From: the human T2T-CHM13v2.0 reference genome, Homo sapiens
Length of the DNA stretch: 64,000 nt
Reading direction: 5' to 3' (one strand)
Assembly (NCBI RefSeq): GCF_009914755.1
Contig: NC_060947.1
Under the pieces are notes generated by a model that was given only the letters and a program-made list of their open reading frames with translations, had not been told where the DNA came from and did not search any database. This document shows positions 12,844-26,501 of this stretch, one piece after another (position 1 is the first letter of the stretch; the number at the start of each line of letters is the position of its first letter). The translations under genes were made by a program, and so were the position numbers.

Positions 12844-15130
12844 TGATACGGTTTGGCTGCGTCCCCACCAAAATCTCAACTTGAATTGTATCTCCCAGAA
12901 TTCCCACATGTTGTGGGAGGGATCCAGAGGGTGGTAATTGAATCATGGGACTGGTCTTTCCAGTGCTATTTTTGTGAGAGTCGATAAGTCTCATGAGATC
13001 TGATGGGTTCATCAGGAATTTCTGCTTTTGCTTCTTCTTCATTTTCTCTTGCCACCACCATGTAAGAAGTGTCTTTTGCTTCCTGCCATGATTCTGAGGC
13101 CTCCCCCACCATGTGGAACTGTAAGTCCAATTAAACCTTTTTTTTTCATTCCCAGTCTCAGCTATGTATTTATCAGCAGCATGAAAATGAACTAATACAG
13201 TAAATTGGTACCAGTAGTGTGGGATGTTTCTGAAAAGATACTCAAAAATGTGAAAGCAACTTTAGAACTGGGTAACAAGCAGAGATTGAAACAGTTTGGA
13301 GGGCTCAGAAAAAGACAGGAAAATGTGGGAAAGTTTGGAACCGCTAAGAAACTTGTTGAATGGCTTTGACAAAAATGCTGATAGTGCTACGAACAATATG
13401 GTCCAGGCTGAGGAGGTCTCAGATAGAGATGAGGAACTTGTTGTCAACTGGAGCAAAGGTGACTCTTGTTATGTTTTAGCAAAGAAACTGACAGCATTTT
13501 ACCACTACTCCACAGGTTTGAGGAACTTTGAACTTGAGAGAGATGATTTAGGGTGTCTGGCAGAAGAAATTTCTAAGAAGCAAAACATTCAAAAGGTGAC
13601 TTGAGTACTGTTAAAAGCATTCTGTTTTAAAAGGGAAACAGAGCATAAAAGTTCAAAAAATTTATAGCATGATGATGCAGTAGAATATAAAAACTCATTT
13701 TTTTGAGGAGAAATTCAAGCCAGCTGCAGAACTTTGCATAAGTAGCAAGGAGCCTAGTGTTAATCCCCAAGACCACGGGGAAAATGTCTCCAGGCCATGT
13801 CAGAGAACTTCACTGAAGCCCCTCCCATAACAGGCCTGGAGGCCCAGCAGGAAAAAGTGGTTTTGTGGGCTGGGCCCTGGGTCCCCGTGCTCTGTGTAGA
13901 CTAGGGACTTGGTGCCCTGTGTTCCAGCCGCTGCAGCCATGACTGAAAGGGGCCAATGTGGAGCTCAGGTTATGGCTTCAGAGGGTTGAACGCCCAAGAC
14001 TTGGCAGCTCCCATGTGGTCTTGAGCCTGTGGGTGCACAGAAGTCAAGAATTGAGGTTTGGGAACCTCTGCCTAGATTTCAGAATATTTATGGAAACGCC
14101 TGGATTCCCAGGCAAAAATGTGCTGCAGGGGTAAGGCCCTCATGGAGAATTTCGGCTAGGGCCGTGCAGAAGGAAAATGTGGGGTCAGAGCCTTCACAAA
14201 ATGTCCCTACTGAGGCACTGCCTAGTGGAGCTGTGAGAAGAAGGCCACCCTACTCCAGACTCCAGAACGGTAGATCCACCAACAGCTTGCACCCTATGAC
14301 TTGAAAAGCAGTAGACACTCAACGCCAGCCAGTGAAAGCAGCCAGGGGGGAGACTGTACCTTGCAAAACCACAGGGTTGGAGCTGTCCAAGACCATGGAA
14401 ACCCATCTTTTGCCACAGTGTGACCTCGATGAGAGACCTGGAGTCAAAGGACATCATTTTGGAGCTTTAAAATTTGACTGCCCCACCGTATTTCAGACTT
14501 GCACGGGTCCTGTAACCCCTTTGTTTTGGCCAATTTCTCCCATTTGGAACAGTTGTATTTACCCAATACCTGTACCCTCATTGTATCTAGGAAGTAACTA
14601 GCTTGCTTTTAATATAGGTTCATAGGCAGAAAGGACTTGCCATGTCTCAGATGAGACTTTGGACTGTGAACTTTTGGATTAATGAAGAAATGAGTTAAGA
14701 ATTTGGGAACTGTGGGGAAGGCATGATCAGTTTTGAATTGTGAGGACATGAGATTTGGAGGGGCCAGGGTTGGGATGATATGGTTTGGCTCTGTCCCCAC
14801 CAAAATCTCAACTTGAATTGTATCTCCTAGAATTCCCACATTTTGTGGGAGGAACCCAGTGGGAGGTAATTGAATCATGGGGTCTGGTCTTTTCTATGCT
14901 ATTCTCGTGATAGTGAATACGTCTCATGAGATCTGATGGGTTCATCAGGCATTTCTTCTTTTGCTTCTTCCTCATTTTTCTCTAGCTGCCACCATGTAAG
15001 ACGTGCCTTTCGCTTCCTGCCATGATTCTGAGGCCTCCCCAGCCATGTGGAACTGTAAGTCCAATTGAACCTCTTTTTCTTCCCAGGCGTGGGTATGTCT
15101 TTATCAGCAGCATGAAAATGGACTAAAACA
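12844..15130 (+). mobile_element. Full-length THE1A: LTR 12844-13199, internal 13200-14775, LTR 14776-15130
   Basis: Both LTRs begin tgata[c/t]ggtttggct..aatctcaacttgaattgtatctcc (THE1A type); near-TSD atatt/atttt. Confidence 0.95.
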
Positions 15131-15564
15131 ATTTTTTTCTTTTAATTCAAATAGCATTTAATTGTGTGGATGTGCCATTTGTTCATCCTCTCACCAGTTG
15201 AAGGACATTTGCATTGCTTGCAGTTTTGGGCTACAACAATTAGGGCTGCCATGAGCAACTGTATACAAAATTTTGTCCAGACATGAGTTTTTATTTTTTC
15301 TCTGATAAGTGCCTAGGGGTGCAATTACTGGTTTACATTTTTAGTTGCAGGTTTATTTTAGTTTGCTTGTTTTTTTTTTTCTTTTTGGAAATGCCATTTT
15401 CTCTTCCAGGGTGGTGGTGCCATTTTACATTCCCACCAGAAATGTATGAGAGATTTAGTTTCTCTGCATCCTTGCCAGAATCTTGTATTGTCCTAATTTT
15501 TAAAAAGTTGCTGTTTTAGTAAGTGTGTAGTGATACCTCATTGTGGTTTTAACTTACATTTCTA

Positions 15565-15616
15565 TTAGGTTGGTGCAAAAGTTATTGTAGTTTTTGTCAC
15601 TACTTTCAACGGCAAA
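15565..15616. mobile_element. MADE1 (Hsmar1-derived MITE), one terminal inverted repeat only
   Basis: ta + ttaggttggtgcaaaagttattgtagtttttgtcactactttcaacggcaaa; the second terminal inverted repeat is absent. Confidence 0.8.
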
Positions 15617-15889
15617 GTATAATAACAATGCTCAACATATTTTCATGTACTTATTTTTCATTAATGTATTCATTTTAGTGAGTTTTTTATGTCTTTTGCA
15701 CACTTTCTAATTGGATTATTCATTCTTACTGTTGAGTTAGAGGTTTTTCAGTATGTATATTATACATACAAGTCTTTTTGTCAGATATGTGGCTTTCAAA
15801 TATTTCCTCCCAGTCTGTAGTTTTTCTTTTCATGTTCTTAACAGGGTCTTTCATGGTGCAATGTTTTTGAATGAGGACTAGTATATTGA

Positions 15890-16199
<310 letters not shown>

Positions 16200-16639
16200 T
16201 GATTTTTTTTATCTGACGGACCATGTCTTTGATGTCATTTCTAAAAACCTTTCTCTTAAACCTAGGTCATAAAGATTTTCTCCTATGATGTCTTCTAAAA
16301 ATTTATAGTTTCACATTTTACATGTAGACCTCTAATCCATTTAAACTTACTTTTTTAATAAGTTGTTCGGTAGAGGTTAATTTCTTTTGCCTACAAATTT
16401 CCTGTATCTGGGAGTTTGAATATGCTCAACAGACTCGTGGGCTTTGTAAAAAGCAAAGACGACGGAAACAATTGTACAAGAATGAGCTAGGAAGGCAGGG
16501 CTAATAAAACGATGTTTTAAAAACAATAATGTCAGTAAGAGTTTTCGAGTGTTAGCAGTGGCTAATAACTTGTAGCTAATGATCATGAGACCCAGTAAAT
16601 TAAACATTATGCCCATACTGAAACCTTCTTTTGTCAACA

Positions 16640-17197
16640 CAAGGCTGACTTCATGGGCATGCAACCAGTGCAGTCATATAGGGACATTGCTCAGAAGGAG
16701 CTTCATGCTTGGGGTTTAATACTTTGAAATCAACATTCTGAAATTCTTAATAATTTTATCTTTGAACTTGTTTTTCGCAAATGAAATCTGTTAGGACAAT
16801 GGAGCATGTTCCTGGGATTGGAGTTTCAGATTACATGCGGCCCTACCACCCCACCTGCACAGGGTAGGTTCTCAATTGTTTTCTCCTCTATCATACCCAG
16901 CACTGCTGCCACCCTTTGCCTTTAACAGGGCCCTCGGCATAGGTGGGTTAAGTTTGAGTGCACACGCCCTGTGCATTGAGTCACAGGGAAGGGCCCTAGA
17001 CACCTATGAGAGTCTCACTTGCTCTATGAAAACCACCGTATCTAAGGTACCACACCATAAAACAGAAAATAAAAAGCTCCGTGAGAGGGCTGAGAGAGAG
17101 AGAACCAAATAAAGGAAAAGTATTTTTCCTGCTTTTTGAACAAAGGACAGTACATTTTATTTTGTATTAGGCCTTGAAAAATATGTAGCTGGTGCTA
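16640..17197. mobile_element. MER45-family hAT-Tip100 DNA transposon with both ends present
   Basis: Left end caaggctgacttcatgggcatgcaaccagtgcagtca, right end aaaatatgtagctggtgcta; degenerate 8-bp TSD tgtcaaca/cgtcaact. Confidence 0.8.
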
Positions 17198-18261
17198 CGT
17201 CAACTTAGCAGCTTGTTTATTTAATTGTGTTTTATAGGAATTCTTAGAACATCAAAATTGTAGTCAGTAAAAGAGAAACAATTTATGCCATGATAGGCTC
17301 AAATAAAATCCTCAATTGAGTGACTCCAGATTTAATGCAGCAAATTAAATTTGGGTATTCCCCAGTCATGTAAAAAATCACCCTAAAGCCAAAATATAAA
17401 AGCAAAATAGCAATACAATATGCATGCTTAAAAAAATGAAGAAATATTTAAAACCTCAAAACACAAAATACAAGAAAAAACTGACAAAAATAGTGAAGGA
17501 AAACAGCATGCAGGAAGATGCAGACAAGTAAGTCCATGAATGCTGATTTCAAAGAAAAAAATGCAGAGCACATTTCTTCTTTGAGTGTGCTATACCTATA
17601 GGTAAGAAAATACACACATATTCTTGTTTGCAAAACTGGAATGGAATCAAAGATTGGCAATGGTAGTTTATCTACACTGTATTTGGTTCTAGGAATTAAA
17701 AATGGGGATAAATGAGAAATCAAAGAAGCAATGTCATACTAACTAAAAGCATTCAATTAGTAAGGTAATTGACAAAAAGGAGACTCTATTGTCAGGTGCT
17801 TTTTAGTGCAAAATGTGGAGAGAAGTAAAAGCTTAAGGAATTCACTCTCAAAACAAAACTATGAGAAAGAGAAACCTCCTTCATGAGAATAAAATAAATC
17901 CTGCTCCTTCTTGTATACAAATTTCCTGCATATAATTTGTCCAGAATGCAACCATGTATCTTTACAAAGATACAGCACAAAAAAAGGAACAAATATTAGG
18001 TGAAGAATACTCACTAAAAACATGTTGCCATGGAGCCAACCAAATTGTGACTAAGTATAATACAATGAATTGTTAAAATATACTGGTGCAATTATCTCTG
18101 TATAAAAGCCCTCAGAGAGTAAATACAATAACAATTTTTTAAAAACCTGTTGAGGCAATAACAACAATAATAACAACAAAAACAAAAAGATGATGTATGG
18201 GGTTGTGGAATTCAGGAAAGAAATTGAAAAAAATATTAAACATTAAAAGTAATATTAAATC

Positions 18262-18629
18262 TTTTTCTAGGTTATTCCAGGCTTCTATAATAAAATATTG
18301 TAGACTACATGATTTATATACAACAGAAATGTGTTTCTTACAGTTGTAGAGGCTGGGAAGTCTAAGATTCAGACACTAGTAGATTCTGGTATCTGGCAAG
18401 GGCTTATTCCTTACAGATGGCACCATCTAGGAGTCCTCATGTGGCAGAATAGATGGAAGAGCCGGGCAGCTCTCTAAAGCCCCTTTTATAAGGGCATTAA
18501 TCCCATTCACGAAGGAAGGGCCCTGATGATTTAATCACTTTCGGAAATGTCCCACCTCTTAATACCACCACAAAGGGGATTAAATTTCAATATGAATTTT
18601 GGAGGGACACAAATATTCAAACCCTAGCA
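18262..18629 (-). mobile_element. MLT1A-like MaLR LTR
   Basis: caacagaaatgtgtttcttacagttgtagaggctgggaagtctaagat...gaattttggagggacacaaatattcaaaccctagca. Confidence 0.85.
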
Positions 18630-18820
18630 AAAATAAAATGTGAAATTAGAAGCGGCTCAAAAGATATTAGTGAAAATAATGTAAGAGGTGTATAGAATAT
18701 AAAAGTGTTCAAAAATAGAACGTAAATAAAAATAGAAACTAGAATAGAAAATAGAATGTAAATAACAGTGTTCAAAGAACAACAGAGAAACATATAAACA
18801 GAAGAGAAGAAAGATCTAGG

Positions 18821-19363
18821 ATGTATATTTTAATTTTTCTCTTGCTGTGTAACACATTTTCTGAAATCCTAATACCTATAACAGCAACGAGCATTTGTTT
18901 TACTCAGCTTATGTGTGTTGAGTTCAGGAGCATCTTAGCAAGGTTTCTAAGGAGATAGCAGTCGCGATGTCATCTGTGACTGTCGTTATCTAAAAACCTG
19001 AAAGCGTCGGGAATATCCACTTTCAAAGTTACTCACTGACACTGATGGAAAATCGGCTTTAGCTCTTGTTGGGAGGTCTCAGTTAATCCCCATGTGGTGT
19101 TCTCCATGAATTGTTTCAGTGTCCTCACTACATGTTAGCTTCCACTCCCAGAGGTAGTGATCTAAGATATCAAGCCACAAAAGGCTATTCATTTTATGAC
19201 CTAGTCTTGGAAGTTATACACAGTTACTTCTGCCAAATTTTGTTCACTAAAAGTGAGAGCTGAAGTCCCTCCCCAAATCAAGGGAAAGAGAATTAATTAG
19301 TTAGGATCCACCTTCAAAGAGAGACCTGACAAAGAAGTTGAGGGCATATTTAAAACCACCGCA
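18821..19363 (-). mobile_element. MLT1F/G-like MaLR LTR
   Basis: ttgctgtgtaacacatttt...ttttatgacctagtcttggaagttatacagttacttctgcc...catatttaaaaccaccgca. Confidence 0.7.
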
Positions 19364-19407
19364 ATATGCAAAATCTGTATTTTTATAATGGACTATTATA
19401 AAAATTA

Positions 19408-19743
<336 letters not shown>

Positions 19744-20228
19744 ATATAACAAGACTTGAATATACAAATTAAAAGGGAATACTATGACTCAGGAAAAATC
19801 AAACAGAGCAGTTAACATCTTAATGTGTATCTTTAATAATTTAATGGGTTCAAATCATTCATTAGGAAATAGGCAAAAGTTCAAAGTACTCATAAAGGGA
19901 AAATATCGTATCGACCACAGTGTTTTTTCACAAAGATAGTCAAATTTAGTCGATGTAACAGAATTTGGGGAAAAGAAAATTAGGTACAAGAATGTCATAA
20001 CCTGACAACTTTTAACATTAAAGCAACAGAAAAATACCTTTGAACACCAAATAACTAAGGAAATATAGATTCCATGGATTCTCCTTGAAGAGACTACGTT
20101 AGGATAACCTCCAGCCAAATAAGAGATGAATGGACAAACTATGGCACTAGAAGAAGCAGTGATCATGGACTATATTACTGGTAATGGTTACAAAAATAAC
20201 TGTATATTTTATCAACCCTTTATATAAA

Positions 20229-20575
20229 CAGTCACCACTTGACATCCATGGGGAATTGCTTTCAGAACCTCCCTCCACACCAAAATTGACAGATGTTCAA
20301 GTCCCTTATATAAAATAGTGAAGTACTTTCTTATAACCTATGCACACCCTCCCAAATACATTAAATTATCTCTAGATTACCTATAATAATGAATACAATG
20401 TAAATGCTATATAAATAGCTGTTATGCTGTATTGCTTAGGAAATAATGACAAGAAGAAAAAAAGTCTGTATCTGTTCAGTTACAAACTCAACCATTCATT
20501 TTTTAAAAAATAGTTTTTATCTGTGATTGGTTGAATTCATAGATGCAGAACCTATGGATACAGAGAGCCAAATTA
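20229..20575. mobile_element. MER2 (TcMar-Tigger MITE)
   Basis: cagtcaccacttgacatccatgggga...gatgttcaagtcccttatataaaatagtg...gatgcagaacctatggatacagagagcc. Confidence 0.85.
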
Positions 20576-21859
20576 CATATAAAACAAGTTGGGAAGATAA
20601 GTATAGAAATGTTGGTGAACCAGTGAACGGTTCAATTTCCCCATTTTCATAGTAAAAATCTGAGGTTACTTACATCATATTAATAAAGTAACAGAAGTTT
20701 AAGTATATTAAAGTTACTGTATGGTTACGAAATTATGTTACCAATAAAATAGGTGGTGAAGAAAAGAGAAAGAAAAAAATTACCTATTTTGACATTGTTC
20801 ATAGAAATTAACACGAGACATTAAAATTGAAATTAAACAGTTAATAGACACTGTTCAAAAAATAGAATAATTGTAAAAAAACATGATGCCTTATACTTTT
20901 GGAGATAACTATTAGAATAAACTAACAGAACAAACACATAAATGATAGTAAACACTAATAGAGTGGAAGTTGCCTTAAATATTATAAAAATAGACAAAAA
21001 CATAAATATGATGACAGAAAAGACAACAAACATATCTATCCTGTCAATAAATATAAACGGAGGTAAAACTCATCTATAATTTTAAAAAGGGTCCTAGAAT
21101 CTAGACTGGATCACAAACTCACATCTATCTATTTGTGGTACACAAGGCGCATACAAAACAAAGTGATTCAGAAGGTTCGAAAAGAATAGGAAAATACACA
21201 ACAGGCAAATGCAAAATTTAAAAAAGAAGAAGGCAAAGCAGAGATCATAATTTTAACGGTAAGCCAGGTTAAATTCACAGCAAAAATGTGTCATATGAGA
21301 AAAAGGAAAGTTTTTTTGATTTACAGAACATACAAACACAATGAATATAATAAAGTTATAACAAACATAGAATTAACTTTCGTTTCAAAAAATCCACCAG
21401 AAATATAGAAGATGCAAAAATGCATTAGAAACCATAGCTTTAACTTGTCTCTCAGTCCATGAAAGATAAACTAGACAAAAGGAAAAATACAGAAAGTTTT
21501 AATAACATAATTAATAATAAATGCTAAATGGAACTAAATTGAAATCAATACTTTAAAAAGAGAAACCACACATTATTTTCATATATGTATGAATCATTCA
21601 CAAAATTCTACTTTATATAAGTCAAAAATAAAACCTCATAAAATTTCAAAATTCAAAAATAGTGTAGAAAATATATACTATGTACTAGATATTTAAAAAT
21701 ATCTTGAGAAGTTTATTGGGTCAAATTGGGAAAAACATTGAAATTGTAAAATACCTGGAGTAGAATTATAATGAAACTACTATATAAAATAGCTTGTAGA
21801 TATATAGCTAAAGAAATGCTAAGAGGAAAAAGCTTAGACTTACATATTAATAGAAAGAA

Positions 21860-23330
21860 TGAGGTGGTTTTCGTTTGTTGTTGGAATTTATGTAACTTGG
21901 CACTTATTATTCATATCCTTACAAAACAACAACAAAAGCCGAACAGTTTGAAACCCCACAACTTTCTTTAGATACTTCAAAGAATTCAGGTCATGGGCAA
22001 AATGTTGCTCCCCACATTAGAAAGATAGACAGGTGGGTTCAGAGAATCACAGTTTACCAGAGCATAAGCCCATGAGTAGAAGCTGGCCTCTGGAGCCAGT
22101 ACTGCGTTAGGAAAACTTGAACTTTAATTAATGAATTGCTAGAAGCTCAGCGTGCACAAAGCTGAGAGTTAAACATTCCAGGGGGCTCCTGTCTTAGGGG
22201 GACATCCACATGCTTGTCAGATTTGCCTCCAAAAGCTCTATCATATCCTCACAATGAAGATAAGAGAAACATCCCTTCCAGCTTCTGGAAGCAGAAGGAG
22301 GAAAGTAGCCATTTTGAAATAGTCTCCGAACATCTTGTTCTTAACAAGGCCTGCCTTCAAGATAAATTATTTTAACAGAGTTAAAACAATTGTGATTATA
22401 CCAGAGCATAACTGATATAGGGGAAGGGAAATACCAAATCCTGCATGCTCTAGCCTCCATGTGAGAAAGTGGAATGCCAAAGGAATGCCCCATGTAGCCT
22501 TCCTGTCTCAATTAAGACGGGGAAGGAAAACTGACAAGTACTGGTGAAATTCACAGCCATAGCCACAGGCTCACTAAAATACTGAGACTTAATTTTAGGA
22601 TTATAAAATGTTTCCCTCCCCTACACATTAGCACCACTCTAGTAGGGCTCCTATATAATAATAGGGAAATACAATACAGAGAACTGCTAGTTTCAGACCT
22701 TATTTAAGAAGTCTCTAGGGAAACCCAAAGACAACAGTAGAGACAAAACCAAGGGCAGCAGAGGAAATTTTAGCTACTGCCAACTACAGCTAAGAAAAAC
22801 AGCAAACACAGCCTAATCCATAGTTAGATAAACATAAATCCTCACTTTAGAGGCTTACTTACCTCAGTTTCTTTTTCCCAATACATCATGTTTGGCATTT
22901 AACAAAAATTACAAGGCATACTAAAACACAAAAGATACAACTGGAAGAAACAGAGTAAGCATCAGGACCAGACCCACGTGTGGCAAAGATGTTGGAATTA
23001 TCAGACTAGAACTATGATATTCTAAGGAATCTAATGGAAAAAGTAGTCAACATCCAAGAACAGATGGGTAATGTAATAATGTAGATTGAAACTCTAAGGA
23101 AAAAATAAAAATAAAATTCTAGAGATAAAAGAAACATTCGTAAGATAAATGAAGAATGACTTTGATGGATTTATTAACAGACTAGCAATGGCCAAGGAAA
23201 GGATTAGTGAATTTGAAAAATGCCAATAGAAGCTTCTAAAGCTGCAATGCAAAGAGAAAATAGAATAAAAGAGACACAATGGAATATTCAAGAATGATGG
23301 AATAATTACAAAAGATGTGAAATAAAATTA
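21860..23330 (+). mobile_element. L1M (MB/MC/MD-type) 5'UTR and start of ORF1
   Basis: aaaattacaaggcatactaaaacacaaaag..gatgttggaattatcagactag, gaagaatgactttgatggatttattaacagactag (ORF1 coiled-coil region). Confidence 0.65.
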
Positions 23331-24780
23331 AAAACAATAGAGGATACAAAAAAGATAATGGACTATATGAAAACAGAAAATTAAATAAATGAAAGAAATA
23401 AGTACATTTAAGACGCATTGTTCTCTAAAAAATCAGTAAAATTATAATTATTGCTATCATATAAACAATAAAAAGCAGAAACATATAAAATAAAAAATAA
23501 TTAGAAAATAACCACGATATGAAAGACATTAAAGGAAACATTATTAGCTGTTTTTCTAAATTCTATGCAAATAAAAGTGAACATAAATTTAAACAGATAC
23601 CTTAAGAGCTAGAAAATCTAAACATCAAATGCCATATAAGAAATAAAACTGTAAAATAGCAAACATCCCCAAACCACATGAGGTACAGGTTACTCTTTCT
23701 TACTAAACCTTTAAGAAACAGATGACTATAGCACTATGTACATTGTTCCGGAGCCTAAGAGAAGAAGAAATATTTCAAATGATTTTTATGAACTCTTTTT
23801 TACCTTGACAAAAACAACAACCCTAACAATTATTGCACAAAAATAAAAATATAGACCAATATTACTTATCAACATAAATGGAAACATTAGAGCTAAAATA
23901 CTAGCAATTGAATCCAGCCACACTTATGTGACAACCAAATGGAATTAATTACCAAAATGCAAGGGTTGCTTGGTATTATGCAATCTTATGTCACCATATT
24001 AATATATCAAAAGAGGATAATCTTTTGTGCATTTCTAAATATGCTGTAAAAACATATTATAAAATTTAACCTATATTATTGAATTAAGAAATCTAGTAAT
24101 AAAATATATAAACACTGTAGCAAGCAAACTATAAAGTGGCAACCTCCATAATATTTCTCTCTCTATGATGCTTCTAAGTAACACACATGGCAAAAGTGAA
24201 CATGTCACTCCTGTGATTAGGTTACCTTATTTAGACTTTCTCTTGCTAGCATTTTTCTCTAGAGACTATTCTTTCTACCTTGATAAAGTAAGTAGCCCTA
24301 CTGGAAAGCCCATGTAGTAAACAAAGAGCTATGAATGTTGCTAAGAGTGGAGGCCAGCCAACAGCCAACATAAAACCAGAGACTTCATTACTACAACCCC
24401 AAGGTAATACATTTTGACACAACCTGAGTGAGCTAAGAAGCATATTGGCCAGTTGTACCTGCACATGAGTATCCAGCATGGCCAACAACTTGATTTTAAA
24501 CTCCTGAAACCCTAAACAGAGGACATAGTAATGCCATAACTGCCCCACAGACACTATGAATTAATAAGTGTGTGTTATTTTAATCCACTAAGTAAATATT
24601 GATGTTTTATCTAATAATAGATAATTAATAAAACCCCAAAGATTGTATATGGGGAAACATTAGAAGGCTTCTCATTAAATTAAGGAAAAAGAATCCTGTC
24701 CCATACTTTTTGTTACACTTTTACTGAACATTGGTTTGGAGGCACAATTAAATATAATTGTATGAGATAAAGATAAAAGG
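23330..24780 (+). mobile_element. Old L1M ORF2 remnant, split by an MLT1 LTR
   Basis: aatatagaccaatattacttatcaacataaatggaaacattagagctaaaatactagcaattgaatccagc corresponds to the degenerate YRPISLMN..KIL motif. Confidence 0.6.
24116..24630 (+). mobile_element. MLT1E/F-like MaLR LTR
   Basis: catgtcactcctgtgattaggttac, cagccaacagccaacataaaaccagagacttca, cccacagacactatgaattaataagtgtgtgttattttaatccactaagt. Confidence 0.75.
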
Positions 24781-24781
24781 T

Positions 24782-26501
24782 TGATACAGTTTGGCTGTGT
24801 TCCCAGCCAAATTTCATCTTGAATTGTACCTCACATTATTCCTATGTGTTGTGGGAGGGACCCAGTGGGAGGTAATTCAATCATGGGGGTTGGTCTTTCC
24901 CACCATGTAAGATGAGACTTTGCGTCCCCTGCACCTTCCACCATGATTGTGTGGCCTCGTCAGCCATGTGGAAATGTGATCTAATTAAACCTTTTTCTTT
25001 TATAAATTACTCAGTCTCAGGTATGTCTTTATTAGCAGTGTGAGAATGAACTAATACAGTAAATTGATACTGGGAGTGGGGAGGTACAATAAAGATACCC
25101 CAAAATGTGGATGCAAATTTGGAACTGGGTAAGAGGCAGAGGTTGAAGCCGTTTGGGACAGGAAGATGTGGGAAAGTTTGGAACCTCCTAGAGACTTGTT
25201 GAATGGCTTTGACTAAAATGCTGATAGTAATATGGACAATACAGTCCAGGCTGAGGTGGTCTCAGGTGGAGATGAGGCACTTGTTGGGAACTGGAGTAAC
25301 CGTGTCTCTTGCTATGCAGAGACTGGTGACATTTTGCTCTGCCCTAGGAATCTGTGGAACTTTGAACTTAAGAATGCAAAGCATTCAAGAGGAAGTGGAC
25401 CATAAAAGTTTGAAAAATTTGCAGCCTGACAATGCGATAGAAAAGAAAAACCCATTTTCTGGGAAGAAATTCAAGCCAGCAGCAGAAATTTGCTAAAGTA
25501 ATGAGGAGCCGAATAGTAATTGAAAATACAATGGGTAAAATGTCTCCAGGGCGTGTCAGAGATCTTTGTGGCAGCCCCTCCCATCACAGATCTGCAGGCC
25601 TATGAAAGAGAAATGATTTCCTGGGCCAGGTCCAGGGCCACCTTGTTGTGTGTAGCCTAGGGACTTGGTGACCTGCGTCTGAGCTGCTCTAGCCATGGCT
25701 AAAAGGGGCCAAGGTACAACTCATGGCATGCCTCCAAAGGGTGCAAGCCCCAAGCCTTGACAGCTTCCACGTGGCGTTGAGCCAGTGGGTGCACAGAAGT
25801 CAAGAATTGAGGTTTGGGAACTTCCACCTAGATTTCAGAAAGTTTTTGAAAATGCCTGGATGTCCAGGCAGAAGTTTGCTGCAGGGCCCAGGCACTCATG
25901 TAGAACTTCTGTTAGGGCAGTACAAAAAGAAAATGTGAGTTTGGAGTCCCCACACAGACTCACCACTGGGGCACTGCCTAGTGGAGCTGTGAGAAGAGGG
26001 CCTCCATCATCTAGACTCCAGAATGCTAGATCAAGTGACAGCTTGCACCATGCACACAGAAAAGCTGAAGACCGTCAATGCCAGCCCATGAAAGCAGCAA
26101 GGAGGAGGGCTGTACCCTGCAAAGCCACAGGTGCAGAGCTGCCCAAGGCTGTAGGAGCCCACCTCTTGCATCAGCATAACCTGGATGGGAGACATGGATT
26201 CCAAGGGGATTATTTTGGAGCTTTAAGATTTCATTACTGCCTTGTTGATTTTCAGATTTTCATGTGGCCTGTAGTCCCTTTGTTTTGGCCAACTTCTTCT
26301 ATTCGGAACAGGTGTATTTAACCAATGCCTGTACCCCCATTGTATCTAGGAAATAACTAACTTTCTTTTGATTTTACAGGCTCATAGGCAAAAGAGACTT
26401 GACTTGTCTCAGATGGGTCTTTGGACTTGGACTTTTGAGTTAATGCTGGAATGAGTTAAGATTTTGGGAAACTCTTGAAAAGGCATGATTTTAAATGTGA
26501 G
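24782..26501 (+). mobile_element. THE1B-like element: 5' LTR with an internal deletion (24782-25058) plus internal region; 3' LTR missing
   Basis: tgatacagtttggctgtgttccc...gaactaataca, then THE1-int up to aaggcatgattttaaatgtgagg, where a MER61-like LTR starts. Confidence 0.9.

Noticed and set aside
25785-26321. 178-aa ORF and similar ORFs at 13296-13604, 14029-14304, 6800-7072 and 34391-34636
   Set aside because: Fragments of the decayed THE1 internal ORF, repeated in every THE1 copy here with different stops and frameshifts; not host genes.
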